DNA of 64,000 nucleotides from Candidatus Limnocylindrales bacterium (GTDB lineage Bacteria; Chloroflexota; Limnocylindria; Limnocylindrales; CSP1-4): NCBI GenBank assembly GCA_036570185.1, contig DATCPH010000076.1, positions 2,322 to 66,321 of the forward strand, read 5' to 3'. Shown piece by piece: positions 56,496 to 64,000 of this stretch (position 1 is its first letter; each line of letters starts with the position of its first letter). The notes under the pieces were generated by a model. It saw only the letters and a program-made list of their open reading frames with translations, ran no database searches and was not told where the DNA came from. The position numbers and the translations under genes were made by a program.

Positions 56496-57299
56496 TCAGC
56501 CGACTCGCTTGAGCTTGCCGGTCCGTTTCGCGTACGCCTCGGCGCGGCCGAAAGCCCACAGGCCGGCCGGGATGAGCACGAAGCCCATCACGATCAGCGG
56601 CCAAACGTCGTTGAGTAGGGTTCCAACAGATCGGCCCTGAATCAGCCCGGCGCGGACTCCGTCGAGGACATAGGTCGCCGGCGACAGGTGCGAGAGCACC
56701 TGCATCCAGCCCGGCAGGATGTCGATCGAGTAGTAGACCCCGCTGATAAGCAACAGGACCGACTGGATGACGAACGTCATCTGGGCGCCGCGCTCGACGT
56801 AGAGCAGCGGCAGGATGGCCGCCATCATGCCGATGCCGACGATGCTGAACGATCCCAAGGCCAGGAAGACCAGGATCGTCACCGGATTGGCGCCATCGAT
56901 GCCAAGGCCCGGGAAGAACAGCACCATGACGGCCAGGATGAACGCCGTATGGATTAGCCCATACACCATCGCGTACGCGACCGATCCCAGCAGCTCGGTC
57001 GAGCGCCGGATCAGCGCCATCATCGTGTACTCGAGCGTGCCTTCCCAGCGCTCGACGGCGATCGTCTCGGCGATCCAGCTGAACACCACCGAGAGGTAGT
57101 TCCAGAAGATCGCCCCGACGATCAGGGTCAGGAGCAGCCTCGGGCTGCCCTGGTCGGCGCCGATGAGCGAGACGGACAGCGCGCCCGCGGCCGAGTAGAC
57201 CAGGAATGCGATTTCCCAGCCCCAGTAGCGGCGCGTCAGGAAGAAGTTGCGTTCGATGAAGGCGTAGCTGGCCCTCACCTCGTGGGCGACAGTGGTCAC
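56496..57299 (-). CDS. ABC-2-type transporter permease
   Basis: Six transmembrane helices at 267 aa. Adjacent to an ABC ATPase. Confidence 0.8.
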   Translation of the reverse strand: MTTVAHEVRASYAFIERNFFLTRRYWGWEIAFLVYSAAGALSVSLIGADQGSPRLLLTLIVGAIFWNYLSVVFSWIAETIAVERWEGTLEYTMMALIRRSTELLGSVAYAMVYGLIHTAFILAVMVLFFPGLGIDGANPVTILVFLALGSFSIVGIGMMAAILPLLYVERGAQMTFVIQSVLLLISGVYYSIDILPGWMQVLSHLSPATYVLDGVRAGLIQGRSVGTLLNDVWPLIVMGFVLIPAGLWAFGRAEAYAKRTGKLKRVG

Positions 57300-57318
57300 G
57301 GTGGTCTCACCTCATTTC

Positions 57319-58233
57319 TCATTCGTTCTCAGCGCCGTCTTCGTCGACGTCCTCGTCCAGGGAGCGGCCGGTGTAGGTCATGAAGACCGCGTGCAGGGTC
57401 GGTTCTTGGTGGTGCTCCGCGGCGACGAGGCGCTTCAGGCCGTCGGGCGTGTCCTCGGCCACGACGCGGCCGTCGTTGAGGATCGTGATCCGGCCGGCCA
57501 GCCGCTCGGCCTCGTCGAGGTCGTGCGTGGTCAGGACGATCGATGCGTCGTGGGTCTCCCGAAGCTCCTTGATGAATGCCTGGACGTCGAGCTTCGATCG
57601 CGGATCGAGCCCAGTCGTGGGCTCGTCGAGCAGCAGGAGGGATGGGCTCGTGAGCAGGGCTCGCGCGATCGCGACCTTCTGCTGCATGCCCCGGCTCATC
57701 TGCTCGACCGGGCGGTTCACCCGGCTCGACGAAATGCCCAGTCGACCGAGGATCGACACCACGTCCGATTTCGCCTTCCTCGCGTCGAGCCCGTAGAGGC
57801 GCGCGGCGAACAGGAGGTTCTCCATCGGACTGAGCTTCTTGAAGAAGGCGGCATCGACGCTGACGCGGTTGATCAGGCGCTTGACCGCCATCTCCTCGCG
57901 TACGAGATCGTGGCCGAAGACCTCGACTCGGCCTTCGTCGAGGGTGAGGAGCCCCGAGACGAGGCGGATCAGGGTCGACTTGCCGGAGCCGTTGGCGCCG
58001 AGGATCCCGTGGATGTCACCACGCTCGAGGCGGAGCGACACACTCGAGATCGCGGTCACGGGAGCCTTCTTGCGATTGACCTTGAAGCGCTTCGTGACAC
58101 GGTCTACGACGAGGGCCGGCGCGCCGTTCGAGGCCCGTCCATTGGCCTCGGGCTGGTGGGCTTCGAGTCCCCCGGGCGAAGCCGGCCGATCCGAGAGATC
58201 GCTATTCGGTTGTCGGATCAGGGTGGCGGTCAC
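57319..58233 (-). CDS. ABC transporter ATP-binding protein. The start is uncertain, between 58233 (GTG) and 58383.
   Basis: 'GILGANGSGKSTL', 'LSRGMQQKVAIARAL' and 'LLLDEPTTGLD'. Confidence 0.85.
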   Translation of the reverse strand: MTATLIRQPNSDLSDRPASPGGLEAHQPEANGRASNGAPALVVDRVTKRFKVNRKKAPVTAISSVSLRLERGDIHGILGANGSGKSTLIRLVSGLLTLDEGRVEVFGHDLVREEMAVKRLINRVSVDAAFFKKLSPMENLLFAARLYGLDARKAKSDVVSILGRLGISSSRVNRPVEQMSRGMQQKVAIARALLTSPSLLLLDEPTTGLDPRSKLDVQAFIKELRETHDASIVLTTHDLDEAERLAGRITILNDGRVVAEDTPDGLKRLVAAEHHQEPTLHAVFMTYTGRSLDEDVDEDGAENE

Positions 58234-58722
58234 TTCGGACTCCCTTGTGAGGGTGGGCGGCGGACTTGAGGTGGCTTGGTGACGGTGTTCCGGGCCGGAA
58301 CGGCAAAGAGCCGCGAGTCCGGATCGGACGCGATCGCGTCGTCTGGGCTCGCGGCTGGTGCGATGCCCGCGGGTAGGCATCAAAAAAGCCGGGGGCCCGA
58401 TCTGGCCCGCGGCTCGCGGCTGGCTTTGTGAGGCGGTCCTACCGCCTGGCAGCTAGCTCGAGGTGGGCGCAGATCTCCCGCGATCGGCGGCGCCGAGTGG
58501 CGCGACCGAGCGTCGGATCACGAAGCTTTGCCTCATTCGGAGATGTCTCCTCAGAGCTGGACAGGGGTGCCGGCGGCACCGGTTGGGAACCTTAGCGGCG
58601 ACCGTTCTGCGATGTCAAGGATGGCGAGGGTCGTGGGCGCGTCGGGCGCCGCTCGGGCCGCAAGTTCCCGCCACTCGATCTCGAGGCGGTCGCTAGTCAG
58701 CCTCTTCCTGCCACGTGGCCGT

Positions 58723-58823
58723 CTGGTGATCGCCAGTCAGGATCCTGGCGCCGCGCCCTGATCCGCCGCCTCCCCCGCGGCGAACTTGCCTTGTCGAGTG
58801 ACCGCCTGGTGATCGCCTGTCAG
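58723..58823. repeat. Two copies of an 18-bp near-palindromic direct repeat, ctggtgatcgccNgtcag, 83 bp apart in a 600-bp non-coding region
   Basis: 58723-58740 ctggtgatcgccagtcag and 58806-58823 ctggtgatcgcctgtcag. The flanking context is also shared (cNNctggtgatcgccNgtcagNa). Confidence 0.7.
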
Positions 58824-58988
58824 AAACCGGGCTGAGCCTGACTCCGGACACAGGCCGAGCGCGAGTCCGCACAGCGGTTGCTCAAAACACCGGGTCCGCG
58901 TTGACGGTCGCCGAGATGGGTCATAGGCTGCCAACCCCGCGCGAGCCGACCAACGCCGACCAGCGCCGCCCCAATCGCGAGGTCGTTC

Positions 58989-59840
58989 ATGGGTCTGTCC
59001 GACACCCGAAATCGTTTTCGTCCGCCCCAACGTCATCCACGATCGATCGTCGAGCTGATCCGGCTCGGGACGATAGATGCCGAGCTTGCCGGCCTGCTGT
59101 GGCTGCTCGTCGAGGCGCGATTCCCGGTCACTGTCGCAGCCCTTGTGGGCGGCGTCGGGAAGTCGACCGTGCTCGGTGCTCTCCTCATGCTGCTGCCGCC
59201 GGGCGTCCGACAGGTGGAGCTGGGGGGCGTCGACGAGACGTTCGTCTGGCTCTCCGGTGCGGATCCCAGCGACACGTATCTCGTCGCCGCCGAGCTGTCC
59301 AATCACTTCCCGGCATATACATGGGGCGCCGAGGCGCGGACGGCAATCCAGGCCACGGGACGCGGATTCGGTCTGGGGGCGACGATCCACGCGGACTCGC
59401 TCGAGGAAGTTTTCGATGAGCTTCGGTCCCCTGGGGTCGGGGCCACCGAGGACGAGCTCTCGTGGCTCGGCCTGGTCGTGGTCGTTCGCGCAGTAAGGAA
59501 TGCAGCCGCGAACCCGGACGGCAGCCCGGCGCGGCGCATCGTCGCGGCCCACTACCTGCGACCGTTCGCCCGCGACGCGGGCGGCCACATCCAGCGCCTA
59601 CCGCCGGCGGTCCTCGCGACCTGGGATCCACGCGACGACTCGTTTGAGCATTTCGCCTGGGGCGTGATCTCGGAGCTGGCTCTCCGAGCGGGGCGCAAGT
59701 CGGGCGAGTTCGAGTTGGAAGTCGAGCGTCGCCGCGAGTATCTCGCCGGGTTGGCGGCAGCCGGCGTCACGGCAATGGATGCAGTAGCTTCGGCCATCAG
59801 CGGATATCGCGATGAGCGGCTACGCGCGTCTACTCACTGA
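58989..59840 (+). CDS. CpaF/TadA/VirB11-like secretion-ATPase RecA-fold domain, degenerate and truncated; likely a non-catalytic P-loop protein
   Basis: 'IVELIRLGTIDAELAGLLWLLVEARFPVTVAALVGGVGKSTVLGALLMLLPPG...IHADSLEEVFDEL' is collinear with the CpaF core. The P-loop is shortened from GGTGSGKTT to GGVGKST, the Asp box is replaced, and the protein is only 283 aa. Confidence 0.6.
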   Translation: MGLSDTRNRFRPPQRHPRSIVELIRLGTIDAELAGLLWLLVEARFPVTVAALVGGVGKSTVLGALLMLLPPGVRQVELGGVDETFVWLSGADPSDTYLVAAELSNHFPAYTWGAEARTAIQATGRGFGLGATIHADSLEEVFDELRSPGVGATEDELSWLGLVVVVRAVRNAAANPDGSPARRIVAAHYLRPFARDAGGHIQRLPPAVLATWDPRDDSFEHFAWGVISELALRAGRKSGEFELEVERRREYLAGLAAAGVTAMDAVASAISGYRDERLRASTH

Positions 59841-59954
59841 CCCGTGACGCCCGCGAGCCGGTGCGCCAGCCGCGCGGGAGAAGTCAGCGCCGTGAAACGG
59901 ACCGGCCCGGCGTCTCGGGCGCCGGGCCGGTCGATGCCTCCTCGAGACGTGACG

Positions 59955-60368
59955 CTAGGCGATCATCGGCTCGGCGCTGCGAGCGGACCAGAAGGCCCAC
60001 GCTGCAACGACGAAGTGGAGGACGTTGTCGAACGGATTCTCGAGGTTGGCGAGCCCGAACGTGTTGGGCGACGCATTACCCGAGACGACCAGTCCGTACA
60101 CCGCGAAGAAGAGCGCGATGACCCCGACCAGGATCACGATCCAGCGGTAGTAGGGACGGAGCGCGCTGTTGAGGCCGGGGACGTACACGGCTGCCAGGGC
60201 GATGATGCCGAGGCCGGTGTGCGCCACGTTCTCGCCACTGTCCAGATAAAAGCTGGGATATGCCGACGCGCTGCTCAGGAACGCGAAGCCGGCGAGCCCG
60301 AGGATGAGCAGTACCGCTCCGCCGACGATCAGGAACATGCGCAGGGTGAAGAACGACGCCATCGACAT
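59955..60368 (-). CDS. DUF4383-like small membrane protein
   Basis: ATG at 60368 giving 'MSMASFFTLRM'; four transmembrane helices. The ORF-track start at 60455 adds a basic leader. Confidence 0.5.
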   Translation of the reverse strand: MSMASFFTLRMFLIVGGAVLLILGLAGFAFLSSASAYPSFYLDSGENVAHTGLGIIALAAVYVPGLNSALRPYYRWIVILVGVIALFFAVYGLVVSGNASPNTFGLANLENPFDNVLHFVVAAWAFWSARSAEPMIA

Positions 60369-60645
60369 CCGGATCTCCCTCTTCGAAACTGACCGATCGG
60401 TCCAACCGACCTGTCTGGGCGGATGGAAAACGCAATGTCGCCTACCGGCGACCACACCCTCTTCCTGCGCATCCCTCCTCTAACCCTACCGGGCGGCTCG
60501 CCCGCTGAAGCATTGGCCGCTCGTCAACGCGACGCGAGCCTCCCGAGGCGCCCATTCCTGAAGCCATTCGAAGCTCAACCGTCCATACGCACCCCGATCC
60601 CGGATGGTTTGACGGCCTTCCGCGACGGTCGTACGCTCGGCGCCC

Positions 60646-62121
60646 GTGTCTTCCAACCCCGCGTCCTTCGCCCCAGAGACTCTTTCCCATCGCCCGTCAA
60701 CCCTCGCCGAGCTGCGTGCATCGGGCTGGCGGCGCCGAACGGTCAAGGAGGAGCTCCGGGCCAATCTGCTCGCCCGGCTCGGCGAGAGCGAGGCCGTCTT
60801 TCCAGGGATCGTCGGCTTCGAGGAGACGGTGGTGCCCGCCGTCGAGAACGCCATCCTGGCCGGCCAGGACATCGTCTTCCTCGGCGAACGCGGTCAGGCC
60901 AAGACGCGGATGGCGCGGCTTCTCGTGGGCCTCCTTGACGAGTGGCTTCCGACCGTGCGCGGCGGCGAGCTGAACGACGATCCCACGGCGCCGATCAGCC
61001 CCTCCGCGCGGGTCATCGTCGCCGAGCATGGCGAGGCGACGCCCATCGACTGGCTGCCGAGGGACCGGCGCTATGCCGAGAAGCTCGCGACCCCCGACAT
61101 CACGATTGCCGACCTCATCGGGGAGGTCGACCCGGTCCGCGTCGCCGAGGGCCGCTACCTGTCGGACGAGTTAACCCTCCATTACGGTCTTGTTCCGCGG
61201 TCCAATCGCGGCATCTTCGCGATCAATGAGCTGCCCGACCTCGCCGAGCGCATCCAGGTTGGACTGCTCAACATCCTCGAAGAGCGGGACGTCCAGATCC
61301 GCGGCTTCCAGATCCGGCTGCCCCTTGACCTGCTGGTCGTGGCGTCGGCCAATCCGGAGGACTACACGTCGCGGGGCCGGATCATCACGCCACTGAAGGA
61401 CCGTCTCGGCTCGGAGATCCGAACCCATTATCCGAGGACGCTGGAGCACGAGATCCAGATCGTCCGCCAGGAGAAGCAGCGCTTCGAACCCGACGAGGGG
61501 ATCCCATCCGTGGCGGTGCCGGACTTCATGGAGGAACTCGTCGCCGAGCTCACTCACCTCGCCCGACGCTCGCCGGAGATCAGCCAACGCTCGGGAGTGA
61601 GCGTCCGGGTCTCGGTCGCCAACATGGAGGTGCTCGAGGCGGCAGCTCTCAAGCGTGCTGTCCGGCTGGGGGAGGCCACCGCGGCTCCCCGCGTCTCGGA
61701 TCTCGGGGCCGTCGTCGCGTCGACCGTCGGCAAGGTCGAGCTCGAGACCGCCGGCGATGACGTGCCCGAGGAACGCGTCGTGGAGCGCCTGATCACCAAG
61801 GCCGTCTTCGCGACCTTCGGCGGGCGGCTCGCTCTCGACGAGCTCGACGACGTCGTGGAGGCCTTCGAGGACGGTCTCATTGTTGAGACCGGCGAACGAA
61901 CCGCATCGCGCGAATACGTCCGGTGGCTGCACGAGATCCCGGGTCTGCCTTCGGCCGTGCGACAGCTGGGAATCGTTGAAGGTGCGGGCGTCAGCGACGG
62001 CAACGACGCGTCCGATCCCGCGGTGATTGCCTCCGCCGTGGAATTCATCCTCGAAGGCCTGCACCTGTCGCGCCGGATCAACAAGGATCGGGCGGCTTCG
62101 GGCAGCGTCTACCGCCGATGA
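60646..62121 (+). CDS. ChlI/BchI-like (Mg-chelatase-family) AAA+ ATPase with a deviant Walker A
   Basis: 'VFPGIVGFEETVVPAVENAILAGQDIVFLGERGQAKTRMARLL' matches the BchI N-terminal pattern, but with GERGQAKT in place of GDRGTGKST. The GTG start is uncertain. Confidence 0.7.
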   Translation: MSSNPASFAPETLSHRPSTLAELRASGWRRRTVKEELRANLLARLGESEAVFPGIVGFEETVVPAVENAILAGQDIVFLGERGQAKTRMARLLVGLLDEWLPTVRGGELNDDPTAPISPSARVIVAEHGEATPIDWLPRDRRYAEKLATPDITIADLIGEVDPVRVAEGRYLSDELTLHYGLVPRSNRGIFAINELPDLAERIQVGLLNILEERDVQIRGFQIRLPLDLLVVASANPEDYTSRGRIITPLKDRLGSEIRTHYPRTLEHEIQIVRQEKQRFEPDEGIPSVAVPDFMEELVAELTHLARRSPEISQRSGVSVRVSVANMEVLEAAALKRAVRLGEATAAPRVSDLGAVVASTVGKVELETAGDDVPEERVVERLITKAVFATFGGRLALDELDDVVEAFEDGLIVETGERTASREYVRWLHEIPGLPSAVRQLGIVEGAGVSDGNDASDPAVIASAVEFILEGLHLSRRINKDRAASGSVYRR

Positions 62122-62191
62122 GGCTCCCCATGGCCACGGCAGCGAGCGTCCCTTCACGGGCCCGGGTACGTTCGCGGGCGCGGGGCATTTC

Positions 62192-64000
62192 GTGACGTTC
62201 TGGACGCCGGATCGGCGCGATCTCGGGGACCTGCCCGGCGGAGCGGTCGCCCGGGAGGGCGCCCTGGCTCGCCGCGCGCGGTACTCCCGCTGGGACGGCA
62301 GCCAGGCCATTCCCGACTTCGACGCCGACGAGCTGCTTGACGCGCTGGCCGACGACGTGATGGCGGAAGGCGACATGGCTGAGGCACTGCGGCGGCTGCT
62401 GGAGCGTGGCCGGCGCTCGGACGATCCGACGCGGTCCGACCTGGCGGGCTTGCGCGACCTGATGGATCGACTCTCCGAGCGGCGCAGGGAGCTCCTCGAC
62501 CGCTACCAGCTCGGCGACGTGCTCGCGGACATTCGCAGCGAGCTCGATGAGATCGTCCGCGAGGAGCGATCCGGGCTGGGGCGCAGGCTCGCCCGGGGGT
62601 CGGATCCGCCCGAATCCGCGCCTGGCGCTGACGCCCCCGCGCCCGGCGCCGAGGCCCCCGATCCGAAGCTCTCGAAGATGCTCCGTGACGCGGCCGCGCG
62701 CCGGATGGACCAGCTCGATGCCCTGCCGGCCGACGTTGGAGATCGGATCCGAGGGCTCCAGCAGTACGACTTCATGGAGCCCGTCGCTCGCGAGCGATTC
62801 GACGACCTCGTCGGCCGCCTCCAGAAACAGGTCCTCGACCAGTACGTGAGCGGCCTTTCCGAGGCCATCCAGGGAATGACTCCGGAGGACCTGACGGCGA
62901 ACCGCGAGATGGTCCGCGATTTGAACCACCTCCTCGGGGAGCGCCTCGCCGGACGCGACCCCGATGCCTCCGAGTTTCTGGCCAGGCATGGACGCTTCTT
63001 TCCCGGGGCCCAGACCCTCGACGACGTCATCGAGCAGCTGGCCGAGCGCATGGCTGCGATGCAGTCCCTGCTGCGCTCGATGACCGCGGCCCAGCGGGCG
63101 GAGCTCCAGTCGATGATGGACGCCCTCCTGCGGGACGACCGCCTTCGCTGGGACCTGGCCCAGCTCGCGGCGACCCTCGACCAGCTCTTGCCGGGCGGGC
63201 TCGGTGAGCGCTTCCGGTTCGGCGGCGACGAACCCCTCGGGATTGACGGCGCCCTTGAGCAGATCGGGCGCCTCCAGGCCCTGGACTCGCTCGAGGATGC
63301 GTTGGGTGATGTCGAGGGGCCGGGCGACTTGGAGACCATCGACCGCGAGCAGGTCCGTGACCTCCTCGGCGACGAGGGCGTCCGCGATCTCCAGGCGCTC
63401 GATCGCCTGGCCGAGCAGCTCGAGCGGGCAGGCTATCTCCAGCGGCGCGGAGAGCGCCTGGAACTGACCCCCAGGGGGAGCCGCCGCATCGGTCAGAAAG
63501 TCCTGGACGACCTCTTCGCCCGCCTTCGCCGGGACGCCTTCGGCGGCCACCGGCTCGATCGCGGAGGACGAGGCGGCGAGCGCGACGAGACCTCCAAGCC
63601 GTACGAGTTCGGCGATCCCTTCCACCTCGATCTGCGACGGACCATGTCGAACGCGCTGATCCGCGAAGAAAACGCCCCGGGCCGGCGGGCGACCGCCGCC
63701 GTCAAGCTGCGACCAGATGACTTCGAGGTCTACCGGACCGAGCAGCTGACCTCGACGGCGACGGTCCTGCTCCTCGACATGAGCCGGTCGATGCTCCTGC
63801 GGGGCTGCTTCCTGGCCGCCAAGAAGGTCGCCGTTGCCCTCGACACGCTCATTCGGACCCAGTTTCCCCGCGACCACCTGGGCGTCATCGGCTTTGCCTA
63901 CTACGCGCGAGAGCTCCGCCCGGAATCGCTGCCGGAGCTCACCTGGCACGGCTACGAATACGGGACCAACCTCCAGCACGGCCTCCTGCTGGCGCGCCGG
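62192..64000 (+). CDS. vWA-domain protein (BchD/ChlD-C-terminal-like), partner of the ChlI-like ATPase. Partial: it runs off the right edge, and the start is uncertain.
   Basis: Manual translation in the frame beginning at 62120 (codon starts 62120, 62123, ...) is stop-free to 64000. It ends with the MIDAS region 'TVLLLDMSRSMLLRGCFLAAKKVAVALD'. The ORF track omits it for lack of an in-window stop; the 633-aa minus-strand ORF 62078..63979 is its antisense shadow. Confidence 0.7.
   Translation, partial: MTFWTPDRRDLGDLPGGAVAREGALARRARYSRWDGSQAIPDFDADELLDALADDVMAEGDMAEALRRLLERGRRSDDPTRSDLAGLRDLMDRLSERRRELLDRYQLGDVLADIRSELDEIVREERSGLGRRLARGSDPPESAPGADAPAPGAEAPDPKLSKMLRDAAARRMDQLDALPADVGDRIRGLQQYDFMEPVARERFDDLVGRLQKQVLDQYVSGLSEAIQGMTPEDLTANREMVRDLNHLLGERLAGRDPDASEFLARHGRFFPGAQTLDDVIEQLAERMAAMQSLLRSMTAAQRAELQSMMDALLRDDRLRWDLAQLAATLDQLLPGGLGERFRFGGDEPLGIDGALEQIGRLQALDSLEDALGDVEGPGDLETIDREQVRDLLGDEGVRDLQALDRLAEQLERAGYLQRRGERLELTPRGSRRIGQKVLDDLFARLRRDAFGGHRLDRGGRGGERDETSKPYEFGDPFHLDLRRTMSNALIREENAPGRRATAAVKLRPDDFEVYRTEQLTSTATVLLLDMSRSMLLRGCFLAAKKVAVALDTLIRTQFPRDHLGVIGFAYYARELRPESLPELTWHGYEYGTNLQHGLLLARR

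Noticed and set aside
58737..59588. 283-aa minus-strand ORF opposite the CpaF-like gene
   Set aside because: Low-complexity R/P/S-rich translation. The plus-strand ORF has a recognisable secretion-ATPase core.
62078..63979. 633-aa minus-strand ORF
   Set aside because: It is the antisense shadow of the edge-truncated plus-strand vWA gene. The plus frame yields a coherent protein ending in a MIDAS motif.
1..64000. CRISPR arrays, tRNA/rRNA genes, IS elements, integrases, phage genes
   Set aside because: No regularly spaced 25-40 bp repeats, no tRNA-like T-arm motifs in the intergenic gaps, and no transposase or integrase-like ORFs were found. The window looks like core chromosome.

Overview
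The window is a 64-kb stretch of chromosome at about 70% GC, with a gene content that looks like core (non-accessory) chromosome of an Actinobacteria-like lineage. I found no rRNA, tRNA, CRISPR array, transposase or integrase.

The ORF track omits genes that run off the window edges, and two important genes are affected. (1) Positions 1-7123 on the minus strand encode the N-terminal ~2370 codons of a giant cyclic beta-1,2-glucan synthase (NdvB/ChvB/Cgs-like; GT84 domain plus a cellobiose-phosphorylase/GH94-like region). I recovered it from codon-phase analysis and manual reverse-strand translation; the five consecutive plus-strand ORFs in 5..7933 are its antisense shadow. (2) From about 62192 to past 64000 on the plus strand there is a vWA-domain protein, partner of a ChlI-like ATPase.

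In between, in order:
- a trypsin-like protease;
- a MoxR-DUF58-VWA-VWA (Bat-like) module;
- a 12-gene minus-strand block: plsY, panE, then a glycerol/dihydroxyacetone block (glpCBA, HPr, dhaM, glpK, dhaLK, glpF) headed by two tandem GlpP antiterminator paralogues, with a terminator/antiterminator RNA element in the glpF leader;
- a KAS-SRPBCC-flavoprotein-methyltransferase-GNAT operon;
- an ECF sigma factor and a 1062-aa LAL (AAA+LuxR) regulator;
- carAB, preceded by two PyrR-binding RNA motifs and a 12-codon leader uORF;
- a UBP-type zinc-finger protein, an M16 peptidase pair, an SRAP/YedK peptidase, a TPR-rhomboid protease, a Ser/Thr kinase, and a DUF4239 protein;
- a CoxD-CoxE-XdhC-MocA set of molybdenum-cofactor maturation genes with no structural molybdoenzyme genes in the window, where MocA is fused to a methyltransferase;
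- an MBL hydrolase, a PEBP protein, an NfeD-flotillin-TelA-like module and an ABC-2 exporter;
- a 600-bp non-coding region carrying 18-bp direct repeats;
- a truncated, degenerate CpaF/VirB11-like ATPase, a DUF4383 membrane protein, and a ChlI-like AAA+ ATPase with a deviant Walker A.

Three separate AAA+/vWA modules sit in this one window. Several short tandem duplications lie exactly at gene junctions. All calls rest on reading the sequence; nothing was run against a database.
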